From Chiloscyllium plagiosum (Eukaryota), in contig NC_057759.1 in assembly GCF_004010195.1 (NCBI RefSeq), forward strand, positions 223,865 to 287,864: 64,000 nt of DNA. Reading direction: 5' to 3'. How positions within the stretch are numbered: the stretch's first letter is position 1; every line of letters begins with the position of its first letter. Position numbers and translations under genes: made by a program. Positions 1 to 12,928 of this stretch are shown here, piece by piece. The notes below the pieces were generated by a model. It saw only the letters and a program-made list of their open reading frames with translations. It did not search any database and was not told where the DNA came from.

Positions 1-51
1 CCCCGGGGGGCAGGATGGTGGTTATTGGGGGGTGGAGGGGAACAGGAGAGA

Positions 52-53
52 TT

Positions 54-84
<31 letters not shown>

Positions 85-265
85 GGTATATTGTACAGAC
101 CGCGAGGTCTCTCTCCGTCTCTACACATCTCTCTCTCTCTCTGTTTGACTGTCCACGACTTGCTTTAACTCTCTTTGTTGATGACTCTTTGATCTTGCGT
201 TTCTCTCTGAGTCTCTATCACTATGTTTCTTTGTAACTCTATGACCCTCTGTCCCTCTCTGTCTC
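52..265. repeat. poly-C run followed by CT-rich low-complexity tract
   Basis: C homopolymer at 52-78; (CT)n-rich tract from 108 to 265. Confidence 0.85.
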
Positions 266-674
266 CAGTCGGAGTACTGTTTGTTGCTGAACACAACAAT
301 TCCTGCCTTAGAAAAGTGCCTAACAGTTTGGTTTAATCACAGGCATCCCTGTGTCAGTCCTCGAGCTGAATGCCCACCTGGAAATGAGGTAATGGAGGGA
401 GACATCACCTCGTTAATCCGCTCGGTTCGACCCCAATTCAATATATTTTCTGTAAAAATGGTGAGGAGATTTACTGGAAATACTCCAACCACTGCAGAAC
501 CGTACACACAATCATCAACATCAGCAAAAGTCAAGAGGGCAATTAGCACTGTGCTGTTTCTAACCAGCAGGCAGGGTCTCTCCTGAACAGCAAATGTTTT
601 CAGTGAGTTTTTAAGCAACTCTATACAAATCGACATTATCAGAGCAATGTGATAGCACTGGGGGAGCATGTAGA

Positions 675-1450
675 GGAAAGTTTACCAGGATGTTTCCTTG
701 GGAACTGGAGAGTTTCGGTGATGGAGAGAGAGATTGGACAGACTATAGTTGTTTTCCTGAGAGCAGAGGAGATTGAGAGTGTGGTGACATGATTGAGATG
801 TATAAAATGAAGAGGGGTGTAGATAGGGTAGAGAGGAAGAAACTTTTCCCCCTTTGATGGAGGGATCAATGACTGGGGGAGGGGCATATGTTGAAAGTAA
901 GGGGCAGGAGGTTTAGAAAGGGATGTGGGGGCAAACATTTTCACCCAGAGGGTGGTGGGGAATCTGGAACTCACTGCCTGGAAGGGTGAGAGAGGCAGAA
1001 ATCCTCATCACGCTGAAGAAGGATTTAGATGTGCACTTGCGATGCCAATGCTAGAGTGAGATTAAGTGGTCCTTGAAGTTTCACTTGTATTTTCCTGCAG
1101 AAATAGGGGCTTGGATAAGATGAATAGCCAAGGTATTTTCTGCAGGGCATGGGAGTCCAAAACTAGAGGGCATTGGTTTAAGGTGAGAGAGGAAAAATTT
1201 AAAAGTGACCAGAGGGGGGTACTTCTTCACACAGATGGTGGTACATATTTGGAATGAGCTGCCAGAGGAAGTGGTAGAAGTGGCTACAATAACAACCTCT
1301 AAAAGAGATTTGGAAAGATACATGGATAGGAAAAGTTTAGACGGATATGGGCCAAAGGCAAACAAATGGGACTAGTTTTGTGAGTTAGGCCTGGTCAGCA
1401 TGGACGAGTTGGGCCGATGGGTCTATTTCCATGCTGTATGACCAAATGAC
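675..1450 (+). mobile_element. two degenerate CR1 LINE 3'-end fragments
   Basis: Translations resemble the CR1 ORF2 C-terminus (SKTRGHWFKVREEKFK, FTQRVV, WNELPEEVVE) followed by a CR1-type 3' UTR. Confidence 0.75.
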
Positions 1451-1599
1451 TGGGAAAATTGTGTTAGAGAATAGAGAGTTGGTTGCTTTTGACTGGTGTG
1501 GATTCAGTCAGCCGAAGATCTGTGCTGTAGACCACTGACTCTGAAATTACTTGTTAAGCAATCCATCAGAGAAAGGTAGAAGCTTAGACAATATGAGCT

Positions 1600-1940
1600 G
1601 GGGGAAGCTTATGGTAACACCAAAGATGTTCATAGTAGTGTAGGGTTGGGGACACTGATGGTAACCCACAGGATGTTGATAGTGAGGTGGGGGTGGGGAC
1701 AGTGACGGTATCCTTCAGGATGTTGATAGTGGAGTTGGGGACTGTGGTGGTAACCTGTAGGATGTTGATAGTGGGGATGGGGACAGTGAATGGTAACCCT
1801 CAGGATGTTGTTAGTGCAGCAGGGTGGGGACAGTGACGGTAACCTTCAGGATGTTGATAGTAAGAAGAAGGTGGGGACAGTTACAGTAACCCCCAGGATG
1901 TTGATAGTGCAGTGGGGTGGGGACGGTGATGGTAACACCA
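1600..1940. repeat. G-rich minisatellite, about 7 copies of a 42-47 bp unit
   Basis: Unit approx GGGGTGGGGACAGTGATGGTAACCYYCAGGATGTTGATAGTG; the GGTAAC-like anchor recurs near 1613, 1660, 1707, 1749, 1792, 1838, 1885, 1931. Confidence 0.9.
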
Positions 1941-2200
1941 TTGAACATTGAGAGACAATGGTTGGATAATTTGGCCATCCATACTTAACACAAATCTTTC
2001 GAAGTATAGATTTTACAACATAGGGAGACTTTGCAATGATGTGAAATCTTGCTTGTTTTATTTCTCCTTTCCATCAATTATTATCCTGTCATCGAAGATA
2101 ACATCTGTGAAAAAAGAGACAATTTCAGCGTCCGTTTTTTTATTTCCTCTTTGTCTTGTTTTGTTCCGGTTCCTGTTGCTGGGGTTTTCCTCACCCCCAG

Positions 2201-2262
2201 AGCCAATAAAATGGAGATCCTGATTGGGAGTCTTCTCGTTCTAGAGTGTGTACTGAGCCAAG
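2201..2262 (+). other. candidate signal-peptide (leader) exon of an unidentified gene
   Basis: Pyrimidine tract plus CCCCCAG acceptor ending 2200; ATG 2211 gives MEILIGSLLVLECVLSQ; phase-1 donor AAG|GTACTG at 2263. Confidence 0.3.
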
Positions 2263-2689
2263 GTACTGGACCCTACTTTCAATGGTACTTTCAACAGAAA
2301 ACCTTAAACAATGCCAGTAGGAATTACAACTCGAGCTCAGGCAGAACAGAGCTGGCCATTGAATCCTTCCAGTCCCAGCACCAACGCCGATAACAGTGTC
2401 TGTTGGTCAACAGGGGTCCCTGTGGAATGATATTTAATGTGACCAGTAATTCCATCGACCTCAGTGTCAGGTAATCCATTCTTCATCCATGATCTGTGCT
2501 CATGTTTCACTGGTGCAGTTGAAGACTTGACATGAACACTCTTAAACAAAAATTGCCTCAGACACTCAACAGGTCTGGCAGCATCTGTGGAGAGAGACAG
2601 ACAGACAGAGTGAATGTTGCAGGTTGTAAACACAAAGTGCTGAAAAAACTCAGCAGATCTGGCAGTAGCTGTGTGGGGGGGAGAGAGAG

Positions 2690-3480
2690 TGTGTGTAACA
2701 TCCTTGCACAGATAAGGGAGACTTCACAGTGAGACGATTCAAGTCCAGGAGCAGGGATGGCTTGCGACAATTGGACAAGATGCGACCACACCCTGGAGAA
2801 CTGTGTGTGCAGTTTGGGGTCTCCTTATCTGAGCTTAAAAATGTGTTGCTGGAAAAGCGCAGGTCAGGCAGCTTCAAAGGAACAGGAGAATCAATGTTTC
2901 GGGCTGACCTGCTGCGCTTTTCCAGCAACACATTTTTAGGCTCTGATCTCCAGCATCTGCAGTCCTCACTTTCTCCTAGTCTCGTTATCTGAAGAAGGAC
3001 ATTGTGCCTATGGTGGGAGTGCAGCAAAGGTTTCCCAGAGTGATTCCTGAAGGGTGGAGACAGACTGGATTAGTTAGGACGATATTCACTGGAGTTGAGA
3101 AGAATTAAGGTGGAATCTCTTAGAAATCTATTAAATTTGAACAAGGACGAGACAGAGTAAACACAGGGAGGGTGTTCCCGGTGACCAGGTGGAGAATCCA
3201 GAACCAGGGTGCCATTGTCTAAAGGAAACGTGACAAGATTGAGATGGAAGAAATGTCTTTGCCCAGAGAGTGGGGAGCCTGTGGAATTCTCTGCCACAGA
3301 AAGCAGTCAGGGCTAGAACACTGAATGTTGTTCAGGAAAGAATTGGATTGAGTTCTTTGGGGCTAAAGGGAGAGTTCGGGGAGGCACAGGATGAAGTTGG
3401 GTGATCAGCTATGATCCCATTGAATGGGCGGAGCAGGCTGGATGGGCCGAATGGCAGAGTCCCATTGGTATTTTCGATTT
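2690..3480 (+). mobile_element. CR1 LINE 3' fragment interrupted by a foldback element
   Basis: RPHPGELCVQFG (degenerate RPHLEYCVQFW), ESRTRG-type motif and CR1 3' UTR. Confidence 0.7.
2833..2979. mobile_element. non-autonomous foldback element, family A (probably PLE-derived)
   Basis: Arms AAAATGTGTTGCTGGAAAAGCGCAG / CTGCGCTTTTCCAGCAACACATTTT; flanking duplication TCTC(C/G)TTATCTGA at 2820-2832 and 2980-2992. Confidence 0.75.
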
Positions 3481-4002
3481 GTCTGTGAATGACCCAGTTG
3501 CCACTGACAGGTGGATGACACAGGGAAGTTTTGCCTAGATATACGTAGGCAGTGAAAATGAGGGACAATAATTTCCAGTGTGGATGCAAAGTGCTCTTTT
3601 GAGTTCAGCATCAAATATTCTGGGTTGGATTGGTGGGATGTTGTAAAAGAGAGGCTGCACAAAAACAGTGATGTCACTGCGATGGTGAGGGTTTGGAGCG
3701 AATTTTACAGACACAAAGGTTTTCCTCCAAATGGATGGGTGTTGGCAGGGGGTTAGGGTAACAGGGAACAGGAAACAGACCTTCACTCCGTGTGATGTTC
3801 AAAAGTGGCTGGGTTTTTGAGGGTTAATATGAATGAGAGAAAATCTCCACTTTCACTGAACCAGAAATGTTATAGAAGTATATATATATATATATTTATT
3901 ATATCCTGTACCAGCGTTTCTTAGTTTGAGATGGTGAAAACCAAGTACACCAAACTGCTATCTGTTTTGGAGTCATCTATAATCAAAAAACAATAAGTGA
4001 CA

Positions 4003-4310
4003 CTGGCTCAGTGGTTAGCACTGCTGCCTCACAGCACCAGGGTCCCAGATTAGATTCAAACCTTGGGCGACTGTCAGTGTGGAGTTTGCACATGCTCCCT
4101 GTGTCTGCGTGGGTTTCCTCCAGGTGCTCCGGTTTCCTCCCACATTCCAAAGATGTGCAGGTCAGGTGAATTGGCCATTTTAAATTGCCCATAGTGTTAG
4201 GTGCATTCGTCAGAGGGAAATGGGTCTGGGTGGGTTACTCTTCGGAGGGTGGGTGTGGACTTGTTGGGCTGAAGGGCCTACTTCCACAGTGTAGGGAATC
4301 TAATCTAACC
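4003..4310 (+). mobile_element. tRNA-derived SINE (HE1-like)
   Basis: A-box TGGCTCAGTGG, B-box-like GATTCAAACC, core TGTGGAGTTTGCACATGCTCCCTGTGTCTGCGTGGGTTTCCTCC, (AATCT)n tail. Confidence 0.85.
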
Positions 4311-4859
4311 TACTCTGCTGTAAGGACGACAGCTCCAGTCTGTACAATCTCTCTCAATCACTGAAACCCTCCATCCCCCAATGCAATTTGTGGTAAATCT
4401 CCCTTTGCTTCCTCTCCCCGTTCATTTAGGTATGTACCATTGTTAAAATGTCTTTTGTTTTATTTACTGCTTCCTCAAATTGTACATCAGGAAGGAAACA
4501 CAAGTTATTTTGCAGTGAAAAAGAGGGTAGTTAATTTTTAATCAGTTCAAAATTAAAAACTGAGGTGAGGAGGAATTTCTTCTCGGACTGTTGAGTGTCT
4601 TTGGAACTCCTTGCCACAGAGAGCTGTGTGTGGGGACAGGGAGCAGGTTTGAGACAAGGACAGATAGGTTCTTGATCAGTTGGGGAATGGAGGATGACAT
4701 GTTAAGTGCAGGAAGGTGACCATGGGGAATGGTGCTCAAGGGGCCAAATGGCCTTCTCCTGTTCCTGTCTGTGATGGTACTTCAGGGAATGAAATCTGCC
4801 CTTCTTCGTCTGCTCTGCACTTGACTCCTGCCCCTGTGCAAACTCTTCACTGCCTTCTA

Positions 4860-5960
4860 GCTCATAGAGATGGAGCTATCCAATCCATCCATGCCGACCA
4901 GATATCCCAACCCAATCTAGTCCTACTGCGAGCCCATATCCCTCCAAACTCTTCCTGTTCATATTCCCATCCAGATGCCTTTTAAATGTTGCTATTGTAC
5001 CAGCCTCCACCACTTCCTCTGGCAGCTCATTCCATACACGTACCACCCTCTGTGTGTAAAGGTTGCCCCTTAGGTCTCTTTTATATCTTTCCCCCTTCAC
5101 CCTCAACATAAACCATAAACCCTCTAGTTCTGGACTCCCCGACCCCAGGGAAAATACTTTGTCTATTTATCCTATCCATGCCCCTCATAATTTTGTAAAC
5201 CTCTATAAGGTCACCCCTCAGCCTCCAACGTACCAGGGGAAACAGCCCCAGCCTGTTCAGCCTCTCCCTATAGAACAAATCCTCCAACCCTGGCAATGTC
5301 CTTGTAAATCCTTTCTGAACCCTTTCAAATCTCACAACATGTTTCTGATAGGAAGGAGACCAGAATTGCATGCAATATTCCAACAGTGACCTAATCAATG
5401 TCCTGTACAGCTGCAACTCCTGTACTCAATACTCTGACCAATAAAAGAAAGCATACCACATGACTTCTTCACTATCCCATCTACCTGTGACTCCACTTTC
5501 AAGGAATTATGAACCTGCACTTCAAGGTCTCTTTGCTCAGCAACAGTCCCTAGGACCTTACCATTAAGTGTGTAAGTCCTGCTAAGATTTGCTTTCCCAA
5601 AATGCAGCACCTCGCATTTATCTGAATTAAACTGCATCTGCCACTTCTCAGCTCATTGTCCCATCTGGTCAAGATCCTGTTGTAATCTGAGGTAACCTTC
5701 TTCGCTGTCCATTACACCTCCAATTTTGGTGTCACTTGCAAACTTACGAACTGTACCTCTTATGCTCGCATCCAAATCACTTATGTAAATGACAAAGTAG
5801 AGGACCCAGCATTGATCCTTGGAACACTCCACTGGTCACAGGCCTCCAGTCTGAAAAATAACCCTCCACCACCACTCTCTGTTTTCTACCTTTGAGCCAG
5901 TTCTGTATCCAAATGGCTAGTTCTCCCTGTATTCCGTGAGATCTAACCTTGCTAACCAGT
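4860..5960 (-). mobile_element. 5'-truncated CR1 LINE
   Basis: Minus-strand ORFs MQFNSDKCEVLHFG, LYRTLIRSLLEYCMQFWSP, YTQRVVRVWNELP. Confidence 0.9.
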
Positions 5961-6171
5961 CATTTCAGTATAGCATCCACTTCCTACCTTGGTAGAAGTG
6001 GCCACATCCTGTTCAGAGTACCGAGAAATAACCTTTGTCAGGGTCAGGTTTTGGCTTGTTCAAATCATGTGATTTGCCAAGAGAAATTGGTCTGCCTAAT
6101 GACCCCAGATATTCATAGCTCCTCCTGTACACTCTGTCTTTCAGACAAAGTTTGTTATTCTCATCCATTTT

Positions 6172-7062
6172 CATAGAATCATACAGCACGGAAACAAGCC
6201 CTTCAGCCCAACTCACCCATGGTGACCAGTTTTCCCAAATACAACTAGTCCCGTTTGTCTGCATTTGGTGCATATCTCTCTAAACTTTTCTTATCCATGT
6301 GCCTTTCCAAATGTCTTGGAAATGTTGTAACTGTACCTGCCTCTACCACTTCGTCTGGCAGCTCATTCCATATACGCACTGCCCTCTGCGTGGCAAGTTT
6401 GCCTCTCAGATTCCTTTTGAATCTTTCACCTCTCACCTTAAACCTATGCCCACTAGTTTTGGACACCCCTACCTTGGGGAAAAGACCATACATACTTACC
6501 TTTTCTCTGCTCGTGATTTTATAACCTCTAGAAGGTCACCCCTCAGCCTCTGACGTTCCAGGGGAGAAGAGCTTCCAGCTTATGCAGCTTTTTCTTATAA
6601 CTCAAACTATGTAGTTGTGGTCACATCTTTGTAAATCTTTTCTGTACCTATTCTTGCTTAAGAACATCCTTTCCACTGCAAGTTGACCAGAACTGTGCAC
6701 AGTATTCTAAAAGTGGCCTCACTAAATCCTGTACAATTGAAACATGATGCCCCAACTCTTGTCGTCAGTGCTCTGACCAGTGAAGGGAAGCATGCCAAAA
6801 GCCACTTTCACCACAGTATCTAACTGCAATGCACATTCAAGTAACTATCCACCTGACTCTGAGGTCTTTTTGTTCGGAAACAGTGCCCAGACTTGTACTA
6901 GTAACAGTATAACTCATGTCCTGGTTTGCCTTACCAAAATGCAACACATCATATTTATCTAAATTAAACTTCTTCTGCCATTCCTTGACCCACTGGCTCA
7001 GTTGATCAAATTTCCATTGTACTCTTTGATAACCTTCTGTGTCCACAATGCCACCAGTTTTG
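6172..7062 (-). mobile_element. 5'-truncated CR1 LINE
   Basis: KFNLDKYDVLHFG and TQRAVRIWNELPDEVVEAG; CATAGAATCATACAG tail at 6172. Confidence 0.85.
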
Positions 7063-9774
7063 GTCCGGGTCCTATCCACTACGTTTCTGTGTTGACCTGT
7101 GGAGCAGCAACCACCCTGCATCACATATGCCGCCCTGAGGCACACAGATACAGGAGGGGATGAGGGACCAGGTTAAGAGAAAGAGGGAAATGCTTATGCC
7201 AGCCTTCCACGGACATCGTGAGACAGCACAGAAGAAAGCCTATGAAACTTTACAAATCGATCAATAACAATCCAACCTTCCAGCAATTAAGGAGGATAAG
7301 GAAGAGAAGGCAGAGCAATGTCATGTTTCTGCAACTAGGCTAGGCTTTGTCTCAATTCACTCAGCAAGATGTCAGTTCCAAAGATGGACTTGTCTTGAGA
7401 AACCATCTACATAGTTGTCTCTCCCACAACCCTCAGTGTATCAATTTATTCCCACTGTAGCACAATCTAACTGTTGATGGCAGAGGTTTGAAGTTTTATG
7501 CTGTTCATTCCTAACTTTAGCATCCATTTGATTTCCTGGCAAATGGGTCCAGGCAGACAAGCCAATGAATTGAATGTATTCTCTATCTTTTGTTGAAATT
7601 TTGGTGGAAATAACTTGTTTTCCAGCCCTATCTTCATTGCCCTTTAACTTCATCACTGTCAATATACATCCAACTCTCTTTTCATACCTCATATGGAACC
7701 GACCTCCACCATGATCCCTGACTGCACGATCCAAAATCCTAACAATTTTGAGTAAAGACATTTCTCCTCGTCTCACTCCTTGCCAGTGAGACGAGGAGAT
7801 TTATTCCCACACTCCTTGCCCTTTTACTGACAATCTTGAAATTGTGACCCCTAGTTAGTGGTAACAACTAGGGGTAGTGGTAACAAAATATGCTTCTTTC
7901 CCCTGGCAAAATTCTTCATAATTTTGAACACCTCCATAAGGTCCCCGTCTTAATCTTTTCTGCTCCAAGGTGAAGGAGTCTGATATCACTAATCCTTCCT
8001 TGTACGTAAAATCCTTCATTGCTGCTAATATTCTAGTAAATCTTCAATGAACAGTCTCCAGAGCTTAAAGTTCCTTCCTTAAATAAAGTGCCCAGAACTG
8101 ATCACGAATGTGATCTGACCAATGATTTCAGTCTCAGATTATTGTTACATTGTGTGTGCACATGCATGCACAGGAGCCTTTATCATGTGCTGCTGGGCAC
8201 TGTGTATCCTCAACTGTGATAAGTGATGTTAAGAGTCAATTCATATCTGCAAATAATTGAGGCCAAATTTTATTATTTTCCTTTCAGCATCCAGTGTCTG
8301 AGTGAGTTTGCTCTTGTGCTGCCACTCTGTATCTCAGTTCATGTCTCTTGTAGTGAATGGGAAACAGCCAAAGTTCTTTAATTGTTAGTGCCTGTAGGAA
8401 TCACGTGCAAGTGAAAATGTAACACACTGCAACAGAAAGGATTCTGTGCTGTTCTTCAGAGACAAGGTAGGAAACACAGTAGACCTTCTGTATCTTGTAT
8501 AGTGTGGAATCTAACAGAGTAATGATATAAAATGTCCATCTTCAGAATGCCATCAGTTTTTGTTTCAGTGCATATTGATTTACTTTTCTGAACACTGCTG
8601 AACTAACAATCAGTGTAAACTGAATCCATTTGCAACTAAGTGAAAGGGTGACAAATCATTCAATTGCATTGAAGCTGACTGACCATAATGTTCCTTGTAC
8701 ACAAAAGAAGATTGACTAATTCACTTCTATTTTCTGATGCAGACAAAACATTACCCTGCTCTGTCGTGTGATGATGCACCATTAACAGTACTCTTGGTTA
8801 CTCTATAGTAGGAAGGAGGAAAGGAAAAGGAGTTTTATTTTTTTGTCATGCAGTGCACAATATGTAAACTGCCAAATTCAATTTATCGAACAATCAACAC
8901 TGTTCAATTCTACTTGAAAATAAAACGAGCAGTTCTACAAACCTACTAATTTTGGCCTTTTCTTTCCCTTTCTCCACTGCTTTGAAGGGTGGTTGTTAGA
9001 TTCCACTGAGACATTTTGTAAATTGCAGACAGATTTCACGCTTTTTCTGAGACACATCCCAGGGAGGGGGAAGAGGAATACAGAGCTCTTTGTAGAAAAT
9101 TGCAACCAATTTTGAAAGAAATACATAATTATCTAAAAACAAAAAGAATTTCTGGTTGGACTGAACCAGACAAAACAAAGTCTTCTACTGCAATATGAAG
9201 AAGTGGAGAATAATGATGTGATAAAGATGGGGATGGCAGCTCCTCTGCTACCATGATACATTTATGCAATTGGATGCTGCATGCTCAGGATGAAAATTGT
9301 TAGCTGGTTGTTTCTGATCATGCAGACTCAAAAGTTTTCTAGGGCCTGATTCTGTACTGTAGGCCTCTCTGACCAGGGATTTGTGGGTATAAATCATTTT
9401 GAATGTAACATTTTGCAATGTCAATGGAACAGTATGGCTGTTAGACATTGTAAGGTGTGTCAGGATGGTGTATGCTTTTGAAAGTAAGTGTGTGTTTGTG
9501 TGTGTTGGGGGAGGGGGTGAGGGGAAATGTTTGGTTACGTACCTACACATTAATCATTCTATGTCAGACTTCGACATAGAATGTGCATTTGGAATTCATA
9601 TTATTTGCTGTGTCTATATACGTCACAAAAGATTACTTGTCATTCTCAGTTATTGATAGCTGAAATGTTTCCTTCAATAACAATTTGTACTCAATATCTA
9701 CTTTACACATGGTTGCTCAAAGTAATCACATCAGCTATTTGTTCACCTTAATTGTAACATTAAAACTATCGTTA

Positions 9775-10160
9775 ATAAATGCAGACAACATAAACAATGG
9801 TGGATTTGTGGGTAGTGGAGAAGCTTGTCAAAGAATACAGCGAGATATAGATATACTTGCAGATATGGGCAGAGAAATGAAACATTGAGTTTAATTTGGC
9901 AAAGTGTAACAGGCTGGACTTTGGGAGATCAAATGTTGAGGAAAGGTATACAGTAAATGGCTGGACACTGAACACCATTGACGTACAAAAGGATCTTGGG
10001 GTTCAAGTCTATTGCTCCCTGAAAGGGGCCATGTAAGTATTCAGGGTGGTATCTAAAAGGCGGCATGTGGCACGCTTGCCTTATTGGGCAGGGAATTGAG
10101 TACAAAAGTCAGGATGTCATATTGCAGCTTTATAAGACTTTGGTTAGGTTATGCTTAGTT
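9775..10160 (+). mobile_element. CR1 RT fragment
   Basis: ADNINNGG (degenerate FADDTKIGG) and IQRDID, followed by the CR1 post-RT region. Confidence 0.7.
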
Positions 10161-10314
10161 TTGTGACAAAAGATTAATTCTGTCCTTCTCAGTTACTGAT
10201 AGTGGAAATGTTTCCTTGAATATCTGTACTCACTATCTACTTCATAGATGGTTGTTCAAACTAACAGCATCGTCTATTTGTAATGTGAAAAGTATCCTTA
10301 CTAAAGTTCAGAAC

Positions 10315-11022
10315 ACATGAGGACAGCCTCAGTCGGGACATTGGGTTCCTGTCACACTACACACACACTTGAGCAGACCCTCTCTCATCCACATGCTCAT
10401 ACACACACATATACACCCTCTCAGGCTTATACACGATCACACTCATACACACACACACAAACGCACACATTCACATATGTACTCACACTCACATGCTCTC
10501 TCTCTCTCTTTCTCTCGCACACACAAGTCTATGGGGTGAATTTGCATTTGCAGAATTATATTTGCAGATACATTCTATTTTGCTCAAAAAGAGCACAATC
10601 TACAGGCAGTCAATCCATGCCATATTTTATATATTCCTACTTTGGCAATAAAACCACTCTGACTCAAGATTGGGATACAGACAGACTCTAACTTAACACC
10701 TTTAATACATTGTCTGAGCTGAGATGTCACCCTTTTTAAAATAAAACCTGAAGTCATCTTGAGAACATGACTTAAAAGTAGTTCTGGGATGTATATATTA
10801 ATGGACTAAAACTTGCAACCCATTCTAAAAGATGAAACACTGAACAGCAACCTAGATTTGTTCAATATATCCTTTCAGTTGCATGACACTGTAATCTTTT
10901 GCTATAAATTCTGTGTCTCATGATCCTGTTTCACAGCAACCTGATGAAGGAGCAGCACTCTGAAAGCTAGTACTTCCAAACGAACCTGCTGGACTATAAT
11001 CTGGTGTTGTGTGATTTTTCAG
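10315..11022 (+). mobile_element. Penelope-like element 3' end, family B
   Basis: Same sequence family as the reverse complement of 17528-18180 (CA-rich tract, hammerhead core, TGGTGTTGTGTGATTTTT end). Confidence 0.75.
10938..10972 (+). ncRNA. minimal type I hammerhead motif, family B (degenerate helix II)
   Basis: AC-CTGATGA-A-GGAGC-AGC-ACTCT-GAAAG-CTA-GT. Confidence 0.5.
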
Positions 11023-11845
11023 TTGTGGTCAGCACATTACAGGAAGAACGTGGAGGATTTAGAGAGGGTGCAGAAGAGGTTTGCCAGAATGTTGTCTAGA
11101 TTAGAGGGTGTGAGCTATAAAGAGAGGCTAGAAAAACCCGGGTAGTTTTCTTCTGGGCAGCAGAGGCTGAGGAAGGACACCACTTCGACTGGGATAACAC
11201 ATCCATCCTTGGAAAGGCCAAACATAGAGATACATGAGAATTCCTAGAAGCATAGTATTCCAATCGAAACTCCATCAACAAACACATTGACTTGGATCCC
11301 ATTTACCACGTCGGGAAAAAATGAACAGGAAATAACATCGCCAACCCAAGGAAACCTAAACACAAATAGAAAGCGGGCCTTACTACCAGTGCTTCATCCT
11401 GAGGCTCACTGATGATGTTATCTTGTATGGTGACAAAACGTCTAAAAACAAACCTTCCAGTTCAGCAAACAAACCTATATCCAGAAGTCTCTAAAAGTAA
11501 GACATGCATGGTTAAGTTTGATGGTCAGAATCTTTTTCCAAGAGTTGAAACGTCTAAAACTAAGAGGCATGCCTATAAGGTGAGGGGGGAAAAGTTCAAA
11601 GGAGACCTAAGGTGCAGTTTTTATTTAAAGTAGAGAGTGGTAGGAGTGGAATGCATTGTCGGGGTGGTGATAGAGGCAGATACGATACAGGTATTGAAGG
11701 GACTTTAAAATATGCAAATTAATATGCAAGAAATAGAGGGATATGGACCAAAGGCAGGCAGAAGGGATTAATTTCATTTGGCGTCATGTTCGACACAACT
11801 TCGTGGGCTGTAGGACCCTTTCCTGAGCTGCACCATTCAATGTTC
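11022..11845 (+). mobile_element. CR1 3' end with a nested PLE fragment
   Basis: LERVQKR-like start; LFPRVETSKTKRHAYKVRGEKFKGD after the insert. Confidence 0.7.
11178..11485 (+). mobile_element. Penelope-like element 3' fragment, family C
   Basis: Homologous to 61115-61430 (HHFDWDNTSILG..AK...REFLEA); decayed hammerhead at 11406-11445. Confidence 0.8.
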
Positions 11846-12928
11846 AGATTTAATGCAGTGTATATTTCAGCTGAGAATTCATTCACGTTGATTGGAACTG
11901 ATTTCATGCATTGAGAATATAGATAAAAAATATAAACTTCTATTTCCTTGGTGGTGTTTAACTCTTGGTTTGAACATCTCTCTCTGGAAATGGAGCTCCA
12001 ATGTGAACCTGACTCAATTTGTGAATGTGGAAAGGATGTTCTTCGCTGTGACAGCGGTAACATACCTGCTGTTTGTTCGAAGCAGCTGGTCACACTTGGC
12101 TCTGTATGGAGATAATATTACATAGTCTTGGTCCTTTGAGTACTTGCCTGGAGGAAGATAGAAGAGATACCTCATGTAAATCAACATCAGTTGTGATTGG
12201 CATCAATATAACATTCGGTTAATGATTAGAATTTTTTGTTCAACACCAGCAATTTAAACAGAACCACAGGTCTGATTCCACTCCTGCTCTGAGCTACTGC
12301 TTGTCCATTTTTTTCTTAAACTTGACATGCAGTTCCAGGGAATTTTTGTTTTTTAAAAAAATAGGGTCTCTGTCTGCACCACCAAATTAGGCAGATAATT
12401 CCAGATACCCACCACTCTCTGCATAACAAACAATTTTCCTCATATCATCCAATCCTACAGCCACGTAGCTTGAATCTGTGATTCCTGATTTTTGAACTCT
12501 CTGCCAAAGGAAATAGGTTGCTCCTGTCTATTCTAATGTCTCCCTCTCACTAGTTAGTTAATAATCACTCAACATCAGGTTATAGTTCAACAGGTTTATT
12601 TGGAAGTGCACGTTTTCAGAGTGCTGCTCCTTCATCAGGTAGCTCACTTTTTAGTTTTGGAGCTCACAGCTATCCTCTACACTATCCACTCTATGGCCAA
12701 TTTTTGTGTTGTCTGCAAATTTCACAAATTTGCCCACCACATTCAACTCCAAATCATTAATGTATGAAACAAACAGCAGAAGTCCCAACACTGAGCAATG
12801 CAGATCACCACTTAAAACAGCTTTCCATTCACAAGGGCAGCCATTGACCATTACCATTTCTTTCCTGTGACTGAGTCAACTTTGGGTCCAATTAAACACA
12901 TTAACCTGTTTCCCATGGGATTTTACTT

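Noticed and set aside
52-78. Poly-C and poly-G runs (also near 19658 and 41431) as functional elements
   Set aside because: Simple homopolymers whose length is unreliable in assemblies.
4003-4075. tRNA genes
   Set aside because: A and B boxes belong to SINE heads followed by the SINE core and tail; no complete cloverleaf was seen.
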